This document shows positions 56,059 to 64,000 of a stretch of DNA of 64,000 nucleotides, piece by piece. Both the position numbers and the translations under genes were made by a program. The DNA is from Longimicrobiales bacterium (lineage in GTDB: Bacteria > Gemmatimonadota > Gemmatimonadetes > Longimicrobiales > Gaopeijiaceae). Position 1 is the first letter of the stretch. Every line of letters begins with the position of its first letter. The stretch lies in contig OZ220732.1 in NCBI GenBank assembly GCA_965116905.1, forward strand, positions 1-64,000, read 5' to 3'. The notes below the pieces were generated by a model. It was not told where the DNA came from, did not search any database, and saw nothing but the letters and a program-made list of their open reading frames with translations.

Positions 56059-58253
56059 GTGCCCGCTCCACCCCCGAGCGCCGCGACAACTCGCCGAGCA
56101 TCTCGTCACCTGCGCCTAATGCCCCGCTCTCCTTCCGATTCCACGCCCGCGCTTTGGCTGCATTAGGCCGCGACTTGGTCACCAACGATGTGGTCGCCGT
56201 CATGGAGCTTGTCAAGAACGCCTACGACGCGATGGCTCGGAGGGTTGCGGTACGAATCCGCAGAGACGACACCAGTGGCGGCGATGTCTACATCGAAATC
56301 GAGGATGACGGACACGGCATGGACTACGACACCATCGCCAACGTGTGGTGCGTCGTCGCGACACCGTTTCGAGCCAGGCGACCGATTGCGACGGCCGGTA
56401 GGCGAACGCGGCAGGTTACCGGGGAGAAGGGACTCGGACGCCTCTCGGCCGCCAGGCTCGGGGGAACCCTTGAAATGATCACCCGTGTCGCGGGCGGTCC
56501 CTCGCTCCGCTTCTCACTGGATTGGGATGCACTCCTGAACGCCGACCGACTCGCCGAAGTAGCGTTCCCAGTCGAGAAAGCCCTACCAGAGCAGTTCGGC
56601 GGCAGCCACGGAACGCGAATTCGAATTGGTGCTCTGCGGAGCGTTTGGACGGAGGATCGGATTCGCGAGTTGCGGCAAGGGCTCGCTCGTCTGGTATCCC
56701 CGTTCGCGGGCGCTGAGGACTTCCGGATTGTTCTGCACACAGACGACACCGATGAGACAGCCCCGCTGGAGATCGCCGCACCCGAATTCATGTCCGCACC
56801 GAAATACTCGATGACAGGACGGGTTGACCGTGAGGGGATGATCCGGGCCGAGTACCGTTTTCGACCGCTTGACATCCGCCCCGGTCGGGACCGCTCGGTC
56901 TGCGAGGCCGCGCCATCGACCGATAACCCTCGCCGTGGGGTCGGCCGGGACAACTACGCAGCATCGGCCTGTGGGCCGTTCGAGTTCGAGATTCGAGCAT
57001 GGGATCTCACGCGTGACGACACCCGGGATATCGCGGAGCACTATGACGAACAACGCAGCGCTGTTCGAGCTGCAATAAGGTCTCACTACGGGATCTCGGT
57101 TTACCGCGACCATGTTCTTGTGCTGCCCAAGTCAGAAAAGTCCTACGACTGGCTCGGCCTCGACCTTAGACGAGTCAGTCGGGTCGGCCCTCGTCTCAGC
57201 ACTAGCCAGATTGTGGGATCTGTGCGGATTACGAAAGCTGACAATCCTGGTCTTGTGGACACCAGCGACCGCGAGGGCCTGGTGTCCAATGCTGCGGCGG
57301 AGGTATTCCGCGAGCGAATGGAACGGATCGTCCAACTGCTCGAAGTCGAGCGTAGCGCGGATCGCTTGGAAGAACGGGATAAAGGGCCGGCAGTTGACCT
57401 GTTCGCGAGGCTTAACGCAGAAGCCCTAGTTGAGGGACTGGAGGAAGTCCGCGACGGCAAGCGAGGCATCGGCGCCGCCATCAAGCTTGCCGAACGACAC
57501 AATCGCGAGCTAGAGGGAACGCGTGCAGCGATCGAGAGACGCTTCGGCTACTATAGCCGATTGGCGGTGATCGGCACCATCGCGCAGATGGTGATCCATG
57601 AGATACGAAACCGCACCTCCGTGATCGGCCCGGCGCTGAAGACGGCGGGGAAACTGGCTGGCCGTGTCGCGGACGCCACGTTCAAACGAGCGGCTGACAT
57701 GGCGTGGAGGTCCCTGGAAGCCCTGGACGCGCTTGCCGACCGGTTTGCTCCGCTCGCAAGCCGGGGATACCGGCCGGGACGCCGTTCCTCGCTGCTGGAG
57801 GAGTCCATCGCACGGTGCTTCGAGATGCAGGCCGGACAAGTTCGCAGTGGCAGGATCGCCGTAGAACTGCCGCCCGACACCCGCACGGTGGTGCGCATCG
57901 ATCCGGGCGAGTTGGACACGGTGATGACGAACCTTCTGCTGAATGCTCTATACTGGATTCGGCGCACTGACGGCGAGCGCCTGCTCCGCGTGAGTTTAGA
58001 GCCCGGACCGTCGCCGGATCGCATCTCGGTACGCTTTGACGACTCGGGGCCGGGGATAGACCCGGATGATGCGGAGCGCGTTTTCTGGCCGGGCGTAACC
58101 CGGAAGGCAGACGGGTTCGGAATGGGTCTGACCGTCGCCGCCGAGTTGGTGCGCGGCCGCGGGGGCACGATGCGCACGGAAGTGCCTGGAAAGTTGGGGG
58201 GAGCGACATTCGAGTTCGATCTGCCGCTGGTTCCATCGAAGAAGGAGACGTGA
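56055..58253 (+). CDS. GHKL (MORC/MutL/Hsp90-like) ATPase fused to a cytoplasmic histidine kinase
   Basis: N-terminal GHKL motifs ELVKNAYDA, DDGHGM, GEKGLGRLS, GTRI; S5-like region GISVYRD...DWLGLD...TSDREGL; coiled coil; H-box HEIRN; second ATP-binding domain NLLLNA, DSGPGI, GFGMGL, GATF. No TM helix. Confidence 0.9.
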   Translation: MSARSTPERRDNSPSISSPAPNAPLSFRFHARALAALGRDLVTNDVVAVMELVKNAYDAMARRVAVRIRRDDTSGGDVYIEIEDDGHGMDYDTIANVWCVVATPFRARRPIATAGRRTRQVTGEKGLGRLSAARLGGTLEMITRVAGGPSLRFSLDWDALLNADRLAEVAFPVEKALPEQFGGSHGTRIRIGALRSVWTEDRIRELRQGLARLVSPFAGAEDFRIVLHTDDTDETAPLEIAAPEFMSAPKYSMTGRVDREGMIRAEYRFRPLDIRPGRDRSVCEAAPSTDNPRRGVGRDNYAASACGPFEFEIRAWDLTRDDTRDIAEHYDEQRSAVRAAIRSHYGISVYRDHVLVLPKSEKSYDWLGLDLRRVSRVGPRLSTSQIVGSVRITKADNPGLVDTSDREGLVSNAAAEVFRERMERIVQLLEVERSADRLEERDKGPAVDLFARLNAEALVEGLEEVRDGKRGIGAAIKLAERHNRELEGTRAAIERRFGYYSRLAVIGTIAQMVIHEIRNRTSVIGPALKTAGKLAGRVADATFKRAADMAWRSLEALDALADRFAPLASRGYRPGRRSSLLEESIARCFEMQAGQVRSGRIAVELPPDTRTVVRIDPGELDTVMTNLLLNALYWIRRTDGERLLRVSLEPGPSPDRISVRFDDSGPGIDPDDAERVFWPGVTRKADGFGMGLTVAAELVRGRGGTMRTEVPGKLGGATFEFDLPLVPSKKET

Positions 58254-59398
58254 TGCGCCTCAGAGTGCTCGTAATCGACGACGACGAAGCGGTGCGCGAG
58301 AGGGTTCGCATGACTCTCGAGACTGCTATCGCACAACCACCGGAGCAGGAGTGGGAAGTCTTCGACTATGGCTTCGAAGGCGTGCGTGACTCTTTGCTTG
58401 CCATCCGTCCCGACGTGGTGATCCTGGACTTGGTGGATGGCGAACCACCTGACGGTCAACCGCAAGGCAACGTGCGCTTCCGCGAGATCCGGGACACATG
58501 GTTCTGTCCGGTAGTGGTGTACTCGGCGTTTCCGAACACGCAGGATTTCGGCCACCCTCTTGTCCACACCGTGGTGAAGGCCGCGGATGCCATGGAGAAG
58601 GTCCTGATGTGCCTGGCTGAGCTTGCTCCGATGGCAAGAGCGATACGATCCGTCCACGACGAGTTCGACTCACGAATCAGGAAGTCTCTGCACGACTCAG
58701 TAGGCACTCTCCGCGAGCAGATCGGGGAGGAAAGCGATGATGAGCCCGTCCTTCGCCGGGCGGTTCGCCGGCTGGTCGCAGCAGGAGTTGATGTTGGTGA
58801 TGTCGGAGCTGAGGGCATGGCTCCTTGGGAGCGATTTGTCATCCCGCCGCTGGGCGGCCACCTTCTGATCGCCGACATTCTGAAGAAAACGGGTGCGCAG
58901 TGGCACAGCGAGGAGTCTTTTCGGGTCGTGCTTACTCCTTCGTGCGATCTCGTGCCAGGAGAGTCGGGCCAGCCCAAGGCCCACCGCGTGCTGGTGGCTT
59001 GCTGTGAACAGCTAACGCGGCTCGGGAGGATTCAACTGAAGCCCGGGGAACGGCTGAAGGGAAAGAGGGAAACGCGGGTCCGGGGGTTCCTGAACGATGG
59101 AATGGTGGATGGTTTCCTGCCCATTCCCAAGTTCCAGGGTCATGTGCCGCTGATGGTCGCGAATCTCAAGGCACTTGAGTTGATTGAGTGGCAGAGGGTA
59201 TCGCCCGTGCCAATCGGCGGGAATGAGGAGGCGCAGGACTTCGAGTTCGAGCGCGTGGCTTCCACCGACAGCCCGTTTCGCGAAATGGTAGTGTGGGCCT
59301 ACCTGCGCGTGACCGGTCGACCGGGACTCCCCGAGATTGACGTGCAGCAGTGGTTGACTGATATCTCTGATCACTTCGAGCAAGAGGTGCATCCGTGA
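58250..59398 (+). CDS. Response regulator: receiver domain plus unknown C-terminal domain (LTPSCDL motif)
   Basis: VLVIDDD acidic pocket, VVILDL phospho-acceptor Asp, VVVYSA Ser, VVK Lys; ~250-aa C-terminus with no HTH recognised; GTGA overlap with the kinase. Confidence 0.85.
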   Translation: MMRLRVLVIDDDEAVRERVRMTLETAIAQPPEQEWEVFDYGFEGVRDSLLAIRPDVVILDLVDGEPPDGQPQGNVRFREIRDTWFCPVVVYSAFPNTQDFGHPLVHTVVKAADAMEKVLMCLAELAPMARAIRSVHDEFDSRIRKSLHDSVGTLREQIGEESDDEPVLRRAVRRLVAAGVDVGDVGAEGMAPWERFVIPPLGGHLLIADILKKTGAQWHSEESFRVVLTPSCDLVPGESGQPKAHRVLVACCEQLTRLGRIQLKPGERLKGKRETRVRGFLNDGMVDGFLPIPKFQGHVPLMVANLKALELIEWQRVSPVPIGGNEEAQDFEFERVASTDSPFREMVVWAYLRVTGRPGLPEIDVQQWLTDISDHFEQEVHP

Positions 59399-60423
59399 AG
59401 GCGATCGATCTCTTCTGTGGTGCCGGGGGACTCACGCTCGGACTGAGGCGCGCGGGCTGGGACGTTCTTGTCGGCATCGATGTCGATGAGGCCGTCGGCG
59501 AGACCTATCGGCGCAACAATCCCAACACCGGGTTTCTGGCAGCCGACCTGCGATCCGTGACCGAAGAGGACATATTTTCGTTGGCGGGCAATACCCCTCG
59601 CCGCGAGCTGCTCCTAGCGGGATGCGCCCCCTGTCAGCCCTTCTCCAAACAGCGACGACGGCGGGGGATAGCCCGATGTCCCGACGGTACACTTCTCGGT
59701 CAGTTCGCTCGCCTCGTGGTTGCATTGCGGCCTGGCGCGGTGCTGATGGAGAACGTCCCCGGCATCAGAACCGTGCCGGGATTCAGTTCCTTTCGGCGCT
59801 TTCTCAAGATCCTCCGCGATTGCGGGTACGGTTTTGAGCACTGCGTCCTCAACGCCTGCGACTTCGAGGTCCCGCAGCATCGCCGCCGGTGCGTACTGCT
59901 GGCCCTGCACGAGTTGGAGGCGAGGTTGCCGACACCGATCATGCGCGAGCCCGCCCAAGGTGGCGCGACCGTGCGTGCCAGCATCGGACGGTTTCCGGCC
60001 ATCGCGGCGGGCGAAGCTCACCGCTGCATCCCGAATCACGTCGCTGCGGGCCTGTCGCCGCTGAACTTGGAGAGAATACGGGCCACGCCTGCGGACGGCG
60101 GCAGCCGACGGAATTGGCCGGAACGCCTGACGCTCGACTGTCACCGCCGCACTCTCGGGTTCAGCGATGTCTACGGACGAATGTGGTGGGACCGCGTGGC
60201 CCCAACGCTCACCAGCCGGTGCAACAGCCTCTCGAATGGCAGGTTCGGCCACCCAGAGCAGGACCGAGCCATCAGCCTGCGGGAAGCAGCCGCGCTCCAG
60301 ACGTTTCCCGACGACTACGAGTTCTTCGGCACAAGGAACCGAATCGCCGGGTGGATCGGTAACGCCGTGCCCGTATCGTTTGCCGAGGCGCTGGGAACGG
60401 CGGCCATCAGGGCCGCTGCCTGA
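59395..60423 (+). CDS. dcm: DNA (cytosine-5)-methyltransferase
   Basis: DLFCGAGG (I), APCQPFS (IV), ENVPG (VI), PQHRRR (VIII), REAAALQTFP (IX), IGNAVP (X). Confidence 0.96.
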   Translation: MKAIDLFCGAGGLTLGLRRAGWDVLVGIDVDEAVGETYRRNNPNTGFLAADLRSVTEEDIFSLAGNTPRRELLLAGCAPCQPFSKQRRRRGIARCPDGTLLGQFARLVVALRPGAVLMENVPGIRTVPGFSSFRRFLKILRDCGYGFEHCVLNACDFEVPQHRRRCVLLALHELEARLPTPIMREPAQGGATVRASIGRFPAIAAGEAHRCIPNHVAAGLSPLNLERIRATPADGGSRRNWPERLTLDCHRRTLGFSDVYGRMWWDRVAPTLTSRCNSLSNGRFGHPEQDRAISLREAAALQTFPDDYEFFGTRNRIAGWIGNAVPVSFAEALGTAAIRAAA

Positions 60424-60426
60424 CAC

Positions 60427-60876
60427 TTGTCGGACAAAGCCGGAAGGGAACCGACGGCCGAGTCCGCACCGTCCCCAGAACGTAGCGCCAACATGGCCCG
60501 CATCGGCGCGAAAGACACGCGACCGGAGCTCGCGGTTCGGCGACTCCTCCATCGCTTGGGCTACCGCTACCGCCTTCACCGGGGTGATCTTCCTGGGCGG
60601 CCCGATATCTGCTTCCCCGGTCGTAGAAAGGCGATCTTCGTTCACGGCTGCTTTTGGCACCGGCACGACGGGTGCCGACGCACAACCACCCCGAAGACAC
60701 GCACTTCCTTCTGGAAAGACAAGTTCGAGAGGAACATCGTGCGCGACCGACTGAACCTGTCGGATCTTGGAAAGCTCGGGTGGGAAGCGATGGTGGTCTG
60801 GGAGTGCGAGACGACCGACCTTGAGGGGCTCGCGCCGCGCCTCGTGCGATTCCTCGATGGCGAATTGCCGAGATGA
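60427..60876 (+). CDS. vsr: Very short patch repair endonuclease
   Basis: RSANMARI..KDTRPE, LPGRPDI, IFVHGCFWH.H, FW..KF.RN..RD, VWECE. Confidence 0.96.
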   Translation: MSDKAGREPTAESAPSPERSANMARIGAKDTRPELAVRRLLHRLGYRYRLHRGDLPGRPDICFPGRRKAIFVHGCFWHRHDGCRRTTTPKTRTSFWKDKFERNIVRDRLNLSDLGKLGWEAMVVWECETTDLEGLAPRLVRFLDGELPR

Positions 60877-60892
60877 CATTACGTTGGATTCC

Positions 60893-63892
60893 ATGACCAC
60901 GGACACTTCCGAACGGAGCCTTGAACGCCTGATCTGCGAGGCGCTTACTGGTGATCCGTGCGAGCCGCCGTCGAGCGGAACGGTCGGTGAGCCGTCCCCC
61001 GGATACGGCGGCGTCGGCTGGTCTCCCGGTAACGGTCGCGACTACGACCGCGAGTACTGCGTCGACCTCGTCCAACTCCGCACCTTCCTCCACGCCACGC
61101 AGCCCGAATCCGCCCGCGCCCTCCGGCTCGCCGAGGACTGCGCGGCGCGCCGGAAGTTCCTGTCGCGGCTTCATGGCGAGATCAACAAGCGCGGCACCAT
61201 CGACGTGCTCCGGCGCGGCGTCAAGCGCGGCCCCCACGACCTGGAGCTCTTCCACGGCACCCCATCGGCCGGGAACGAGACCGCCCGGCGGCTGTTCGAG
61301 CTGAACCGCTTCACGGTCACCCGCCAGCTACGCTACAGCCGGAACGAGACCCAGCGCGCACTCGACATCGCGCTGTTCATCAACGGCCTTCCCGTCTTCA
61401 CCCTCGAACTCAAGAACAATCTCACGAAGCAGACGGTCCACGATGCCATCCGCCAGTACCAGAGAGATCGCGACCCGAGGGAGCCGCTCTTCCGGCTTGG
61501 ACGCTGCGTGGCGCACTTCGCGGTGGACGAGGGCGAGGTCCGCTTCTGCACCCACCTGGAGGGCAAAGCCTCCTGGTTCCTGCCGTTCAACCGAGGCTGG
61601 AACCAGGGAGCGGGCAACCCACCCAACCCGGACGGCCTCAAGACTGAGTACCTTTGGCGCGACGTGCTGGCCCGCGGGAGCCTGACGGACATCCTCGAAA
61701 ACTACGCCCAGATGTTGACCCCGAAGGACGCCAAGGCGGGGAGGAAGAAACGCATCCTGATCTGGCCCCGGTACCAGCAACTCGATGTGGTGCGCCGCCT
61801 GCTGGACGACGCGCGGCGTCACGGGGCCGGGAAACGATACCTGATCCAGCATTCAGCGGGCAGCGGCAAGAGCTATTCGATCGCATGGCTCGCCCACCAG
61901 ATGATCCCCCTCAAGAAGGACGGCAAGTCGGTCTTTGACTCGATCATCGTAGTCACCGACCGCAAGGTCCTCGATGGCCAGATCCACGACACGATCAAGC
62001 AGTACGCGCAGGTGGGATCGACGGTTGGGCATGCGGACAGGGCCGCCGACCTGAAAACCCTCATCGAGCAGGGCAAGAAGGTCATCATCTCAACGATCCA
62101 GAAGTTCCCGTTCATCCTCGACGAGATCGGGAGCGGGCACCGTCAGCGTAGCTTCGCGATCATCATCGACGAGGCGCATTCGAGCCAAGGCGGGAAGGCC
62201 GCTGGAGCGATGGCGGCCGCGCTCGGCGAGGCGGACGGCGAGGACGGGTACGAGACCTACGAGGACCGCGTCAACCACGAGATCGAGTCTCGGAAGATGC
62301 TCGACAACGCCAGCTATTTCGCCTTCACGGCCACGCCGAAGAACAAGACGCTGGAGCTGTTCGGCGAGCCCGATCCGCAGAGCGACGGCACGGTCAGGCG
62401 CCTTCCGGTCCACAACTACAGCATGAAGCAGGCGATCCAGGAAGGGTTCATCTTGGACGTGCTCGAACACTACACACCCGTCGAGAGCTACTACAGGCTC
62501 GCTAAGACGGTCGAGGAGGACCCGGAGTACGACGTCCGGAAGGCCGGTAAGAAGCTCCGGCGCTACGTCGAGGGCCACGAACACGCGATCCGGCTCAAGG
62601 CCGAGATCATGGTGGACCACTTCCACGAGCAGGTGATCGCCCAGCACAAGCTTGGAGGCAACGCGCGGGCGATGGTGGTCACGAACGGGATCGAGCGCGC
62701 GATCCAGTATTTCCACGCCATCCGAAACTACCTGACGGAGCGCAGGAGTCCTTACGAAGCCCTTGTCGCGTTCTCGGGCGAGCACGACTACGGGGGAGAC
62801 CGGGTGAGCGAGGCCAGCCTGAACGGCCTCCCCTCGTCGAAGATCCCAGAGACGTTCCGGGAGGACCCGCACCGGTTCCTCGTCTGCGCGGACAAGTACC
62901 AGACCGGCTACGACGAGCCGCTGCTGCACACCATGTACGTGGACAAGACGCTCTCGGGGATTAGGGCGGTCCAGACGCTTTCGCGCCTGAATCGGTCGCA
63001 CCCAGAGAAGCGAGACGTGTTCGTGCTCGACTTCCTGAACGACACCGAGACCATCACGAAGGCCTTCTCGGATTACTACCGGACCACGGTCCTGTCCGAC
63101 GAGACCGACCCCGACCGGCTCCACGACCTACAGGCCGACCTTGACGGTGCGCAGGTCTACTCTCCCGATCTGGTCCGGGCGTTCGTGAAGCTGTATCTGG
63201 ACGGCGCGGACCGAGATCGGCTCGACCCCATCCTCGATCGGTGCGTGGCGGTGTATCTCAAGGACTTGGACGAGGACGGGCAGGTCCGGTTCAAGGGCAG
63301 GGCCAAGGCGTTCGCGCGCGCCTACGCTTTCCTGTCCTCGATCCTCCCCTACAACAACCTGGGCTGGGAGGAGCGCTCGATCTTCCTGAACTTCCTGATC
63401 CCGAAGCTGCCGGCACCCGAGGAGCCCGATCTGTCGAAGGGCATCCTTGAGAAAATCGACATGGACAGCTACCGCGTCGAGAAGCATCAGATGCGGAAGA
63501 TCATCCTTGAGGACGAGGACTCGGAGATCGATCCGGTCAGCACGGGCGAGGGCGGCGGCAAGGGCGAGATCGAGACCGACCGCCTTTCAGCGATCATTGA
63601 GGAGTTCAACGACCTGTTCGGTGGAATCGAGTGGGGGGACCGCGACCGTGTCATCCAGACGGCCACCGTGGACATTCCGGCCTCGGTGGCGAAGGACGTA
63701 AGGTTCAAGAACGCGCGGCAGAACTCGGACAGGGCGAACGCCCGCATCGAGTCCGACAAGGCAACGGAGAGGGCGGTGCTTGAGGTCGTGCGGGACAACA
63801 CCCGACTCTTCAAGCTGTTCGCGGACAATCCAGACTTCCGGCGGTGGCTGGCGGACACGGCATTCAGGCTGGCCTACGAAGCGGCGGACTGA
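60893..63892 (+). CDS. hsdR: Type I RM restriction subunit R
   Basis: Nuclease DIALFINGLP...ELKN; Walker A HSAGSGKS; IIDEAHSSQ; FTATPK; KYQTGYDEP; QTLSRLNR. Confidence 0.96.
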   Translation: MTTDTSERSLERLICEALTGDPCEPPSSGTVGEPSPGYGGVGWSPGNGRDYDREYCVDLVQLRTFLHATQPESARALRLAEDCAARRKFLSRLHGEINKRGTIDVLRRGVKRGPHDLELFHGTPSAGNETARRLFELNRFTVTRQLRYSRNETQRALDIALFINGLPVFTLELKNNLTKQTVHDAIRQYQRDRDPREPLFRLGRCVAHFAVDEGEVRFCTHLEGKASWFLPFNRGWNQGAGNPPNPDGLKTEYLWRDVLARGSLTDILENYAQMLTPKDAKAGRKKRILIWPRYQQLDVVRRLLDDARRHGAGKRYLIQHSAGSGKSYSIAWLAHQMIPLKKDGKSVFDSIIVVTDRKVLDGQIHDTIKQYAQVGSTVGHADRAADLKTLIEQGKKVIISTIQKFPFILDEIGSGHRQRSFAIIIDEAHSSQGGKAAGAMAAALGEADGEDGYETYEDRVNHEIESRKMLDNASYFAFTATPKNKTLELFGEPDPQSDGTVRRLPVHNYSMKQAIQEGFILDVLEHYTPVESYYRLAKTVEEDPEYDVRKAGKKLRRYVEGHEHAIRLKAEIMVDHFHEQVIAQHKLGGNARAMVVTNGIERAIQYFHAIRNYLTERRSPYEALVAFSGEHDYGGDRVSEASLNGLPSSKIPETFREDPHRFLVCADKYQTGYDEPLLHTMYVDKTLSGIRAVQTLSRLNRSHPEKRDVFVLDFLNDTETITKAFSDYYRTTVLSDETDPDRLHDLQADLDGAQVYSPDLVRAFVKLYLDGADRDRLDPILDRCVAVYLKDLDEDGQVRFKGRAKAFARAYAFLSSILPYNNLGWEERSIFLNFLIPKLPAPEEPDLSKGILEKIDMDSYRVEKHQMRKIILEDEDSEIDPVSTGEGGGKGEIETDRLSAIIEEFNDLFGGIEWGDRDRVIQTATVDIPASVAKDVRFKNARQNSDRANARIESDKATERAVLEVVRDNTRLFKLFADNPDFRRWLADTAFRLAYEAAD

Positions 63893-64000
63893 CGAGAGCG
63901 GGTGGCCTGCTGAGACGTTATCGGGGGGCGTTTTCCAGCCCAGTTGGCGACAACCTGCGGTGGGCCGGATACCTTCTGAAACATCCTGATACTTCTTGAC

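Overview
High-GC bacterial window, probably Gemmatimonadota-like and possibly a host-associated (e.g. sponge) symbiont. This is inferred from gene content only: cadherin/Ig-repeat lipoproteins, paralogous 6-bladed beta-propeller proteins, and many toxin-antitoxin (TA) and restriction-modification (RM) genes. Positions 1-49.9 kb are a core-like stretch rich in exported hydrolases: four amidohydrolases, two leishmanolysin-like and one M60-like Ig-stalked metallopeptidase, M1, M48, EcxA-like and DmpA peptidases, and a VPS10/BNR protein. This stretch also holds an ECF sigma operon, two Tat-signal enzymes, an itaconate/methylsuccinate-type catabolic trio, a Fic gene, two VapBC-type modules and a PIN remnant. 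Positions 50.1-63.9 kb are a visibly more AT-rich defence island: a HEPN/AbiU2-like gene, an HNH gene, then one tightly coupled operon hsdM-hsdS-[GHKL/MORC ATPase-histidine kinase fusion, response regulator with unknown output domain, C5-cytosine methylase, Vsr]-hsdR. The most notable candidate new system is this type I RM operon carrying a complete phosphorelay plus a second methylation module in the hsdS-hsdR slot used by the PrrC guard. No rRNA, tRNA, CRISPR array, integrase or transposase was recognised. All family calls come from reading motifs by eye; no database search was run.
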